NCBI GenBank assembly: GCA_002726235.1
Contig: PBSN01000002.1
Location: 138,540-158,539 of the forward strand
Source: Nitrospiraceae bacterium
GTDB taxonomy: Bacteria > Nitrospirota > Nitrospiria > Nitrospirales > UBA2166
Length of the DNA stretch: 20,000 bases
Direction: 5' to 3'
Positions 8,789 through 17,313 of the stretch are shown piece by piece. The notes below the pieces were generated by a model. The model searched no databases. It worked only from the letters and a program-made list of their open reading frames with translations, and was not told the origin of the DNA. Each line of letters starts with the position of its first letter. The first letter of the stretch is position 1. A program made the translations under genes and the position numbers.

Positions 8789-9951
8789 TGCACTGCCCCC
8801 AGAACTGTCTGTGAGATGAACGCTAAAGATTCCTCATTCAGAGAAGGATTGTTCGGAAGAAATAGCCCGCAACAATGAATCCGATCGGCCATAGGAAAAC
8901 GTGTCGTTCCGTACCTATCGGACCAAAACGGATGCAATCCAAGGTTTCCAGCTGAAAAAATTCTCGTCTCAATGCCGTTCCGCACAAGAGCAACAATGAT
9001 CTGCTTACGCTGTCCTTCACTCGCTGCCAGAAGACCAAACGAGATGCTCGCAACCTGACACTCTGGCTCGCAGCGCTGAACAGTGAATGTATCCCCAAGC
9101 CGTTGCATATAATAAGCGTGGTTCTCTTGCCGACGAGAGGTCATCCAGTCCAATTTTTCAAGTTGGACAAGCCCAATGAAGGCATTAAGGTCTGTTGATC
9201 GCAAATTAAATCCAGGCTCATAAAAGACAAAGGGTGCATGGAAATCATCAATATGGTGCTGTTTAAGCAACGATTGGTGATCCCTGCCATCTAGGTCTTT
9301 GCTCCAACCATGGCTCCTGAGCATCAGGAGTAAGTTGTTGAACGTTGCGTCATCAGTCGAGACCATGCCACCTTCTATCGTCGACATCTGATGACCAAAG
9401 TAGAACGAGAAACTCGCCATATCACCAAAACTGCCAACCTTGTTCCCCTTGTATGATGCCCCAATTGCAGCACAGGCATCCTCGAGCAAGAAAAAACCGT
9501 ACTTGTCTTTCAGCGCAAGCACCGCGTCCATCTTATGTGGCACACCAAGCACCTGAACCATTAGGACGGTGCTTGGTTCATACTCTTTAAGAAGGCTCTC
9601 AAGATGATCTAAATCAAGCCCAAAGGTGTCCGAATCGGCTTCACACATCACCGGCTCAAAACCAAACTGGATTGCCGGCGCAATGGAGGTTACCCAACCA
9701 ACACTGGGAACAATTACTTTCTTGTTCTTGAGTTTCCCAGACAGGAGAAGGGCATAGTACATGAGGAGGTTAGCTGACGATCCAGAATTGCAGTTGACCG
9801 AATAGGACCGGCCAAGCCACCGACTCCATTTATCTTGAAAGTCAATGGTAACGTCACCTTTCGTCAAGCGCGGATTTGTCTGTAGCCACTGGATCAAGCG
9901 AGCGATGTCCTTGGCATCGATGGTATCTTCAGCCAAGTGAAATTTAATCAA
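8785..9951 (-). CDS. DegT/DnrJ/EryC1/StrS-family PLP enzyme, ColD-type NDP-4-keto-sugar 3-dehydratase
   Basis: NSGSSANLL, LLEDACAAIGA, FSFYFGHQMSTIEGG (His at the Schiff-base Lys position), LRSHGW, PGFNLRSTD. TTG start with a GAAGAGG RBS; 388 aa. Confidence 0.85.
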   Translation of the reverse strand: MIKFHLAEDTIDAKDIARLIQWLQTNPRLTKGDVTIDFQDKWSRWLGRSYSVNCNSGSSANLLMYYALLLSGKLKNKKVIVPSVGWVTSIAPAIQFGFEPVMCEADSDTFGLDLDHLESLLKEYEPSTVLMVQVLGVPHKMDAVLALKDKYGFFLLEDACAAIGASYKGNKVGSFGDMASFSFYFGHQMSTIEGGMVSTDDATFNNLLLMLRSHGWSKDLDGRDHQSLLKQHHIDDFHAPFVFYEPGFNLRSTDLNAFIGLVQLEKLDWMTSRRQENHAYYMQRLGDTFTVQRCEPECQVASISFGLLAASEGQRKQIIVALVRNGIETRIFSAGNLGLHPFWSDRYGTTRFPMADRIHCCGLFLPNNPSLNEESLAFISQTVLGAVQ

Positions 9952-10013
9952 GAAAAGCCTCTTCTTCTACGCGTGGAAACATCAATGCTCAATTTCACTT
10001 CACTTGCACCATT

Positions 10014-10778
10014 TCACTGTGCGCTTTCATTTTTGAGCGACAGCCCTCGGTCAGGTACATATCGAGCAAAAAACTGCTCAGCTGCCCTATATGATTCCGG
10101 TGTGCCCACATCTAAGAAATCCCCTTGGCTACGGCACCCATGCAACGTTTCGCCAACCCAGGCAGGAAAGACCTCACGTTCAAGTGATTCGGCGCCACTC
10201 GATACAATGTCAGACAACATCCGCTGAGAAAAAAGATACATACCCGCGTTGATCCAGCATCGTTCATCGGACGAATCTCCTTTATCGTCGCTTTTTTCTT
10301 TAAAACGAACAATGTGATCATGCTGATCCAAAACCACACTCCCATATCGCTCAGAATCGGGAACAGCCGCTAAGAGCAATGTGGCATCCGAACATCGGTT
10401 CCGATGACACGAAAGAAACAGACTTAGATCCGTCTGATAATACGAATCTCCGTTCATCACCAACACCACATCGGACTGGAGAAACGGGGCCGCCAAGCGT
10501 AGCGCACCAGCGGTTCCCAAGGGTTCTGCTTCCTGAGAATAATTGAGACGGAGACCACGATAAGTATCACCAAATGCTCCCTGAATCTGTTCGCCGAGAT
10601 AGCCCGTACACAAGACAACGTTCTTCAGGTCTCGCTCAACCAACACATCGAGGAGATACGAAAGAAATGGCCGTCCTCGCACCATAGCCAAGACCTTTGG
10701 CGTATCGGCAACGACCGATCGAAGCCGCGTGCCTAACCCCCCTGCCAAAATCGCTGTTGTGATTTGGTCACTAGACAT
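10014..10778 (-). CDS. hddC: Sugar-1-phosphate nucleotidyltransferase, D-glycero-alpha-D-manno-heptose 1-phosphate guanylyltransferase (HddC)-like
   Basis: ILAGGLGTRLRSVV...PK, GRPFL, EAEPLGTAGAL, NGDSY, INAGMY, SLEREVFP, FLDVGTPESY. Start ATG 10778 overlaps the upstream stop by 8 bp. Heptose context comes from the GmhA-like and Cj1427-like neighbours. Confidence 0.8.
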   Translation of the reverse strand: MSSDQITTAILAGGLGTRLRSVVADTPKVLAMVRGRPFLSYLLDVLVERDLKNVVLCTGYLGEQIQGAFGDTYRGLRLNYSQEAEPLGTAGALRLAAPFLQSDVVLVMNGDSYYQTDLSLFLSCHRNRCSDATLLLAAVPDSERYGSVVLDQHDHIVRFKEKSDDKGDSSDERCWINAGMYLFSQRMLSDIVSSGAESLEREVFPAWVGETLHGCRSQGDFLDVGTPESYRAAEQFFARYVPDRGLSLKNESAQ

Positions 10779-11703
10779 TCCCAAATTCGCCACGTCCAAG
10801 CATACGAAACCCCTTTAACAACTCGCGTATGCCCCCTTCAAGAGATCGCTGTGCGCGAAACCCTGCTTCTGCAAGCCTTTGGCTTGACACAATATAATTC
10901 CGTTTGTCGCGATCACTCCCAATTGGTGCAAAATGGAGGTAAAAAGCTGGAACCTGTTCCTTGATTTTCAGAGCAAGCTCTTCTTTTGAAAGATTCGCCG
11001 TATCAAGTCCTGCGTTATAAGAATGTCCGACCATCTGCTGGGCGTTCTCGATGCAATGCACCACACACGCCGCAACATCTCGAATATGAATAAAGTTCCG
11101 CTTGAACTCCTTTTCAAAAATGACCAGATAGCTCGAAGAAAAAGCCGCATAGGTAAAATTATTGACCAAAAGATCCATCCTCATACGTGGCGACATTCCA
11201 AACACCGTGGCAAGTCGCAATGTAATCACATTGGGAGTGCTCAAAAGTTCTGCCTCGGCTTGGACTTTCGTCCGACCATAGAGCGAAATGGGTTCTAATG
11301 GCGTGTCTTCAGTGCAATAGCTATCACCCGATTTAGTTCCATACCCACTGTTCGTTGTTGGAAACACAATTAATTGCTCCGGACTCCTGATACGGTTGAG
11401 CAGTTGGACGGCTTCCAGATTGACGGCCTGAGCCATATCGGGATCACAATCACATGCCGGCGCCCCGACAATGGCAGCAAGCGGGATAAGGACATCTGCG
11501 TTCTTGACATGGTTTCCCAGAAGCGTTTTATCACGTGCGTCACCTAACACAAATTCAAAGTGATCATTCGCGCAAAAATGAAATAGGCTATGTTGCCGGT
11601 AGAGCAAATTATCAATAACAGTTACGTGATAACCAGCCAAAAGAAGATGCTCGCATAAAACCGAGCCTAAATACCCCGCCCCTCCTGTAATAAGAATTTT
11701 CAT
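10771..11703 (-). CDS. NAD-dependent epimerase/dehydratase, Cj1427/WcaG-like GDP-D-glycero-D-manno-heptose 4-dehydrogenase
   Basis: MKILITGGAGYLGS, IPLAAIVGAPAC, PTTNSGYG, CTEDTPLEPISLYGRTK (YxxxK), RLATVFGMSPRMRMDLLVN, RNFIHIRDV, ANLSK, DKRNYIVS. As recalled, these motifs run collinear with Campylobacter jejuni Cj1427. Start ATG 11703 gives 310 aa. Confidence 0.85.
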   Translation of the reverse strand: MKILITGGAGYLGSVLCEHLLLAGYHVTVIDNLLYRQHSLFHFCANDHFEFVLGDARDKTLLGNHVKNADVLIPLAAIVGAPACDCDPDMAQAVNLEAVQLLNRIRSPEQLIVFPTTNSGYGTKSGDSYCTEDTPLEPISLYGRTKVQAEAELLSTPNVITLRLATVFGMSPRMRMDLLVNNFTYAAFSSSYLVIFEKEFKRNFIHIRDVAACVVHCIENAQQMVGHSYNAGLDTANLSKEELALKIKEQVPAFYLHFAPIGSDRDKRNYIVSSQRLAEAGFRAQRSLEGGIRELLKGFRMLGRGEFGNV

Positions 11704-11825
11704 TAGTGTGAAACTTTCACGAGGACAAGAGGTCGTTGAATCAACCACGGCCAGCACCTGCAAAGGCTATCCCCCATGCTACGCAACGGCTGCACAATCT
11801 CGCACCGGACTATAAGCACAATATT

Positions 11826-11912
11826 CAAATCAATCCCTCTCTCCTCTGCCACTTGCAGCAACATGCCTGCTTTCAGTTTGCCACGGGCACACTCAGTGCA
11901 CTCAACGTGCAT
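11826..11912 (-). pseudogene. Probable remnant of a gmhB-type D,D-heptose 1,7-bisphosphate phosphatase
   Basis: Translation HVECTECARGKLKAGMLLQVAEERGIDL resembles the GmhB segment CxH...CxCRKPxPGMLLxAAxxxxIDL. The N-terminal DxDG and the downstream MVGD motifs are missing. It lies in a 303-bp gap next to other heptose genes. Confidence 0.5.
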
Positions 11913-12006
11913 AGAGTAAGCACTTGCAACTTAGCCATTTATGTCCGAAAAAACAGAAGACGATATGGGCCTCTGCCCGAAGCCACAAGCATCACAACCT
12001 GTCATA

Positions 12007-13791
12007 TTAAGTCCGTACGACTTTTTCCCTGCGCCGATTGAGCATGGTAGCAGGGCTCCCCTCTTCCACCATGCGGCCATGCTCCATCCGATACACGCGG
12101 TCGCTGTGTGCCACAGTACTGACGCGATGCGCGACGATCAAAATAGTCTTGCTCCCTCGAAGTGCTGTGACGGCCTGCATTATTCCACTCTCAGTGTCGG
12201 TGTCGAGCGCACTGGTGGCCTCATCCAACACCAACACGGCAGGATCGTGGTACAGCGCCCTAGCAATGCCGATTCGCTGACGCTGACCACCCGATAACCG
12301 AATACCGCGCTCGCCGACCATAGTCTCCAGCCCTTGAGGTAGGCTATCGATAAACTCTTCCAATTGCGCGGATTGGATCGCACGCTTCACGGCAACATCA
12401 TCGATCTGTTTGTTGGGCAATCCAAACGCGACATTACGCTTTAGAGTATCATCGGTAAGATAAATGGACTGCGGCACGTAGCCGATTTGGTCTTGCCAAG
12501 CGCGCAGATCCTGTTGGATGTCTTGCCCATCCACTGTGACCATCCCGGAGTTTGGAGTGAACAACCCTAGGATCACATCCACCAGCGTGCTCTTGCCTGC
12601 GCCACTTGGACCAATGAACCCTACAGTTTCACCTTTTTGGATGGTGAGCAACAAACCGTTAAGTGCTGATGACGATGCACCCGGATAAGCGTAGCTGACG
12701 TTGAAGAGTTGAATATGGGTTTGGAGAATTACAGTGTGCTTCGTTTTTATGGCAGGCTCGGGTGCGTCAAGCCGAAGTTCCTCGAACATGAGATTGATCG
12801 CCGGTCGGCTATACCGAAGACTTTGGACAGACCCCAGCACCCGACTCACCGATGGCATCAGCCGAAACGCGGCTGCGGCAAAGAGCCCCAGCGTAGGCAG
12901 AATGCTAGCTGCGTCGCGTCCTTGAGCCAGCATGGTTAACACCAAGGTGGCCAGGCCCGTTACGGCAAGTAGTTCAATCCATAGGCGAGGGAGTGCCTGT
13001 AGCGTAGCCTGATATCGACTAACCTTGGCGCCTTGAGTGTTGTGCTCGCGATATTGCGCGAGGAAATCGCCCTCACGGCCAAGCAATTTAACATCTTTCA
13101 CGCCGCCTAGCCCCTGCATTAGATGTTGTGTGGATAGCCCGGCGTGATATATACGCAACTCGCCCCAACTCAGAATATAGCGACGCGTGATGTGATGGAA
13201 AATCCAAGCAGCGCTGCCAAGTACCAACGCAACGATTAGCGCGCCTATTGGTTCGACCATGAGCAGAAGTACCGTGATGCCGACAAGCACCAGACATTCG
13301 GTCAACAGTGCCATGCTATAGAGAAGCGTATTCCTAAACACGCCCACTTCATGGGTGGAATTGCGGATCAACTGTGCCGAGTTTCGTTGAAGGTGAAACG
13401 TATAGGGCTGACGCAGATAGGTGGTAAATAGTCGCTGCGAAAGCTGCACTAGCACATCGTTCGCAAAACGCTGCTGCATCCACGTAAAATAGGAGAGAAA
13501 CGAGTTCTTGCAGAGATAAATACTCACCAGCGCCAACATTCCACCTGTGATGAGTTGGACCTGAGTGGGATTACCCAACATATGCAGCACAGGTTGGACC
13601 TTCGGGTAGCTTACAGCGATGTCGTCTTGGACAAGCAATGCAATGACAGGAATGACTAACCCAATGCCCAGAGTTTCCAAGATCATGCTAATGCCCGTGA
13701 GTCCCAATAACACCAATGCATTCTTGCGCTGAATGGAGGTAAGCAGCATCCAGACTTTAGCACCGGAGCTTATTTTCATTTTTACCGGCAT
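12007..13791 (-). CDS. ABC transporter permease/ATP-binding fusion, PglK/Wzk/MsbA-like glycan flippase or exporter
   Basis: N-terminal hydrophobic helices, YLRQPYTFHLQRNSAQLIRN, FAAAAFRLMPS, Walker A GPSGAGKS, Q-loop GYVPQ, signature LSGGQRQR, Walker B VLDEATSALD, H-loop VAHR. Confidence 0.92.
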   Translation of the reverse strand: MPVKMKISSGAKVWMLLTSIQRKNALVLLGLTGISMILETLGIGLVIPVIALLVQDDIAVSYPKVQPVLHMLGNPTQVQLITGGMLALVSIYLCKNSFLSYFTWMQQRFANDVLVQLSQRLFTTYLRQPYTFHLQRNSAQLIRNSTHEVGVFRNTLLYSMALLTECLVLVGITVLLLMVEPIGALIVALVLGSAAWIFHHITRRYILSWGELRIYHAGLSTQHLMQGLGGVKDVKLLGREGDFLAQYREHNTQGAKVSRYQATLQALPRLWIELLAVTGLATLVLTMLAQGRDAASILPTLGLFAAAAFRLMPSVSRVLGSVQSLRYSRPAINLMFEELRLDAPEPAIKTKHTVILQTHIQLFNVSYAYPGASSSALNGLLLTIQKGETVGFIGPSGAGKSTLVDVILGLFTPNSGMVTVDGQDIQQDLRAWQDQIGYVPQSIYLTDDTLKRNVAFGLPNKQIDDVAVKRAIQSAQLEEFIDSLPQGLETMVGERGIRLSGGQRQRIGIARALYHDPAVLVLDEATSALDTDTESGIMQAVTALRGSKTILIVAHRVSTVAHSDRVYRMEHGRMVEEGSPATMLNRRREKVVRT

Positions 13792-13802
13792 GCGGCGACC
13801 TG

Positions 13803-15863
13803 TTATCGTGGAAATGCCTCCTTCACGCCACCATCAATGGGAAGCATCGCACCGGTGGTTTTTGAAGTGCGGTCGGATGCAAAAAACAGCACAGCTTCAG
13901 CCACATCCTGAGCTGATATTCTCACTTTCAACAAATTCCGTTCGCTACAGTAACGCTCAAGATCGCTAACCCGTATACCATACGCCTTAGCACGCGCATT
14001 GCGCAGTTCACCCGACCAAAGGTCGGAACCCTCAAACACGCCATCCGGATTCACCATATTCACCCTCACCCCAAACTCTCCCCCTTCAATGGCGAGGATA
14101 CGTGATAGTTGGGCCTGAGCAGCCTTCGAAGCCGAATATGCGCCAAAGTCTTTTCCAGGTGCAAGAACGTTCTTTGTCGCCACCACCACAATGTTGCCCC
14201 CAATACCTTGCCTTTTAAAGATACGCATTGCCTCCCGACATATGAGGAAATGTCCAGTGGCATTAACGGCAAAACTATCGGCCCAGTCATCTAGCTGGAT
14301 ATTGTCGACCGAGGCACTGCGAGCAATCCCAGCATTGGAGACCACAATGTCAAGGCCACCAAAGACCAAGATTGCTTTTTGAACCGCCTCTGCGACGTTT
14401 TTTTCGTTAGAGACGTCCATTGGAATAGCAACGGCAGTTTCCTCCCCAACTTGCTTATTGAGTTTGGAAGCAAGTGTGCAAAGCTTTGTCTCATTCACAT
14501 CAGTAAGGACGACAGAGACACCTGCTGCCACAAGCCGTTCAGCAATAGCTCGACCAATTGCGCCGGCAGCACCAGTGACGAGCGCAATACGACGGGAAAG
14601 TTCCTTCTCGGAAGGTGCCAAGGTAAGCTTATAGTTTTCCATAGGCCAATATTCAAAATTACACATCTCCTTGGACGAGATTGCGGTATAGGAATTAATG
14701 GCTGAGGCATTAAAAATGACGCGCATTGTATGGCAATACAGATCATGAGCGATTCGTGCTGCGCGCCGATCCTTTCCCGTCGTGAAAAGACCAACCCCCG
14801 GGACGAGGATGATCCGAGGGATAGGATCCAGCATAGTTACCCCAGGAGTTTTATACCGCTCGAAATATTTAACATATTCTTTTTCGTAACCCACTACGGC
14901 TTTCTGTACAATCCGGTCAATTGCGCTCGCAGTACATTCCTTTGGAAGCTGCAAGAAAAGAGGCTTAGGCTTCGTATGGATCAGGTGATCTGGAGTAAAT
15001 GGCCCAATCTGGGAGAGCCTTTTCGCCCTGGGATCATCAACAAACGCCATCACCAACTCGCTGTCATCGTACGTGACCAGCATGCGCTTGTACTTGCTAA
15101 TCGCCCCTCGAAGAACGGGCAGCAATTGCACAGCACGAAACCGTCGTGCCCCAACCAAACGGATTCCTTCTCTCCGCTGACGTCTACGCGATGAACCTCT
15201 GACCCTCCCACCTATGAAACACTCCGCTTCGGAAACCATTTTGATTGTCTCTAAGTATGCAACTTTGGGTGAATCCCCCCAAGTGACCAAGCCATGTTTA
15301 TCAAGGATAATGGCGCGAAGAGTGGGATGACGCCGATATGTTTCACCAACCTGCTTTGCCAACAGAAACCCTGGACGGATATACGGGATGACCGCTACAT
15401 CATCGCCATAGATGGTGTGTATAAGTTTTGAGCTATCCAACGTATCCGTAAGCGTACAAATGGCATCGGCATGAGTATGATACACATGAGCTGGCGGAAG
15501 GAAGGCGTGCAGAAGCGTCTCAATAGACGGCTTAGGCGCAGTCAAATCCAATACGCATTGGGTTTGATACGCAACCATGCTCTCATCAGACATCTCCTTC
15601 CGGTCCCAAAGGACCAGCAGTTCGTCTAGACGAAGGGGCGTGAATTGCTTCTGGGTTATCGTCCGCATATCTGAGCCACTCCCTTTGATCCAAAGCACTC
15701 GGGTTTTGCGTCCCACATGATCCAACATGGTATCTTTCATAGACGAGTTCCCACCTCCCCAAAGAACCAACTCTGGGTTTGACCCAATCGCTCGACTGGC
15801 GTAGACCAGGAGATCCAACTTCTTGAAGGTTTTAGCAACTTGATTCGACCACTGACTTCTCAT
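13803..15863 (-). CDS. rhaD: Bifunctional class II aldolase / short-chain dehydrogenase (rhamnulose-1-phosphate aldolase/alcohol dehydrogenase, YuxG/RhaEW-like)
   Basis: N-terminal aldolase domain: GGGNSS, IKGSG, PSIETLLH, HTHADA, HGL, TPDH. Linker EYWPME. C-terminal SDR: TGAAGAIG, NAG, YSASK, VNPDGV, DGG. GAGG RBS before ATG 15863. Confidence 0.88.
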   Translation of the reverse strand: MRSQWSNQVAKTFKKLDLLVYASRAIGSNPELVLWGGGNSSMKDTMLDHVGRKTRVLWIKGSGSDMRTITQKQFTPLRLDELLVLWDRKEMSDESMVAYQTQCVLDLTAPKPSIETLLHAFLPPAHVYHTHADAICTLTDTLDSSKLIHTIYGDDVAVIPYIRPGFLLAKQVGETYRRHPTLRAIILDKHGLVTWGDSPKVAYLETIKMVSEAECFIGGRVRGSSRRRQRREGIRLVGARRFRAVQLLPVLRGAISKYKRMLVTYDDSELVMAFVDDPRAKRLSQIGPFTPDHLIHTKPKPLFLQLPKECTASAIDRIVQKAVVGYEKEYVKYFERYKTPGVTMLDPIPRIILVPGVGLFTTGKDRRAARIAHDLYCHTMRVIFNASAINSYTAISSKEMCNFEYWPMENYKLTLAPSEKELSRRIALVTGAAGAIGRAIAERLVAAGVSVVLTDVNETKLCTLASKLNKQVGEETAVAIPMDVSNEKNVAEAVQKAILVFGGLDIVVSNAGIARSASVDNIQLDDWADSFAVNATGHFLICREAMRIFKRQGIGGNIVVVATKNVLAPGKDFGAYSASKAAQAQLSRILAIEGGEFGVRVNMVNPDGVFEGSDLWSGELRNARAKAYGIRVSDLERYCSERNLLKVRISAQDVAEAVLFFASDRTSKTTGAMLPIDGGVKEAFPR

Positions 15864-16011
15864 AGAAACCTCGCTGATCTATACAGTACTACCACGGAGA
15901 GGGCCACATGACCTTCGCGTTCTACATACATAGAGAACCCCATACGTCCTCGTCATAGAAACGGGCTCTACGCTCTTCAGACGTTCCCGTCATTGGAGCC
16001 TCCAAAGACCG

Positions 16012-17313
16012 TCAGTTGTGCAGTGTTCGCTGTGCATCATCCCCGGTCGGCTGATTCTCCCAATGTAAGTCATCATGAATCCCATCGGAAACCCATTTTG
16101 CAAAGGCAAGTGCAGACGTCATGCCCGGCGAAACAACATTGAGGATGTGAATGGATCGTGGAGTGGCTTCAACAACGAGATCTTCGACAAGCCGTCCATC
16201 CTTGTTGATAAGTTGCGGTCGAATCCCCACACGCCGATCGAGTGTGAGATCCTGCAGGCATAGACCAGAGACAAGACAACTCGCCTCTTTAAAGAAATGT
16301 TTTTTGCTACATGAATGTCGCAACTCGTTCCATGCGACCCCAATCAACTCCTGATTGCGTATCAACGCGTTCCAGATCCCTCTGTGCCACACCATTTCGA
16401 TCATATCCTTGGCGTTAATCGCAAACTTGTTGTACGCCTCACGACCAAAAGCTGGGACAGCGTTTGGTCCGATCAATACCGATCCCGCAATGGTCCTGGT
16501 CAGATGTACACCCAAAAATGGAACCAACGCGTTAGGAACTGGATATACCATCGATTTTATGACCGGGTCGTCGGCACGATTGACGACAAAATATTCACCT
16601 CTAAACGGTGCCACCACGTAATTTCGTGCAAGTCCCATCGTGTGTGCTAAACGGTCGGCGTAAAGACCCGAACAGTTGATCATAAACTGAGTTGAAAAGC
16701 GGCGACTCCTAGTGTGCAGTGTAATCGCCTGGGCGGATTCTTCAATCCGAACGACTTCCTTCCCCAACGCCACAGTGACTCCTAATTGGCTTGCGTCCTC
16801 TGCCAAGGTCTGTGTTAGTGCAACGGAATCTACGATAGCCCCGGTGGGAGAAAACAGTGCTGCAACACCTTTAACATTAGGCTCCTGCCTACGCACGTCT
16901 TCCATAGATAATATCTCGATCCCTGGAACTCCGTTCTCATCACCCCGGCGTTTCAATGTATGGAGAACGGGGACCTGACTCTCATCCGTAGCTACCACAT
17001 AGGTTCCAACCTGTTCATATGGAACCTGCCTCTCTTTGCACAACTCTCGAATTGCCTTGCTGCCTTCAACGCAAAGTTTTGCCTTCAGAGTCCCAGGCCT
17101 TGGATTGAAGCCAGAATGAACAACACCGCTATTCCTTCCGCTAGTGTGAAACCCAACTGACGTCTCCTTTTCCATTAGAAGAACGTTTCCAAAACGCCTG
17201 CCAAGTTCACGCGCGAGCGCACAACCAATGACTCCACCACCAATAACCACAATATCGTAAAAAACGTCGTCACTGTTCACGAGTGTCAAGGGACGGAAAT
17301 TTGAGACACTCAT
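16012..17313 (-). CDS. lhgO: L-2-hydroxyglutarate oxidase/dehydrogenase (FAD-dependent)
   Basis: VIGGGVIG FAD motif, HTSGRNSGVVHSG, GTLKAKLCVEG, INCSGLYADRLA, PFRGEY, VYPVP...PFLGVHLT, GPNA, GIRPQ, NVVSPGMTS. Confidence 0.85.
   Translation of the reverse strand: MSVSNFRPLTLVNSDDVFYDIVVIGGGVIGCALARELGRRFGNVLLMEKETSVGFHTSGRNSGVVHSGFNPRPGTLKAKLCVEGSKAIRELCKERQVPYEQVGTYVVATDESQVPVLHTLKRRGDENGVPGIEILSMEDVRRQEPNVKGVAALFSPTGAIVDSVALTQTLAEDASQLGVTVALGKEVVRIEESAQAITLHTRSRRFSTQFMINCSGLYADRLAHTMGLARNYVVAPFRGEYFVVNRADDPVIKSMVYPVPNALVPFLGVHLTRTIAGSVLIGPNAVPAFGREAYNKFAINAKDMIEMVWHRGIWNALIRNQELIGVAWNELRHSCSKKHFFKEASCLVSGLCLQDLTLDRRVGIRPQLINKDGRLVEDLVVEATPRSIHILNVVSPGMTSALAFAKWVSDGIHDDLHWENQPTGDDAQRTLHN

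Noticed and set aside
17281..17311. Inverted repeat GAGTGTC...GACACTC at the 5' end of lhgO
   Set aside because: Only 7 bp with a long loop and no U-tract. This is compatible with chance.
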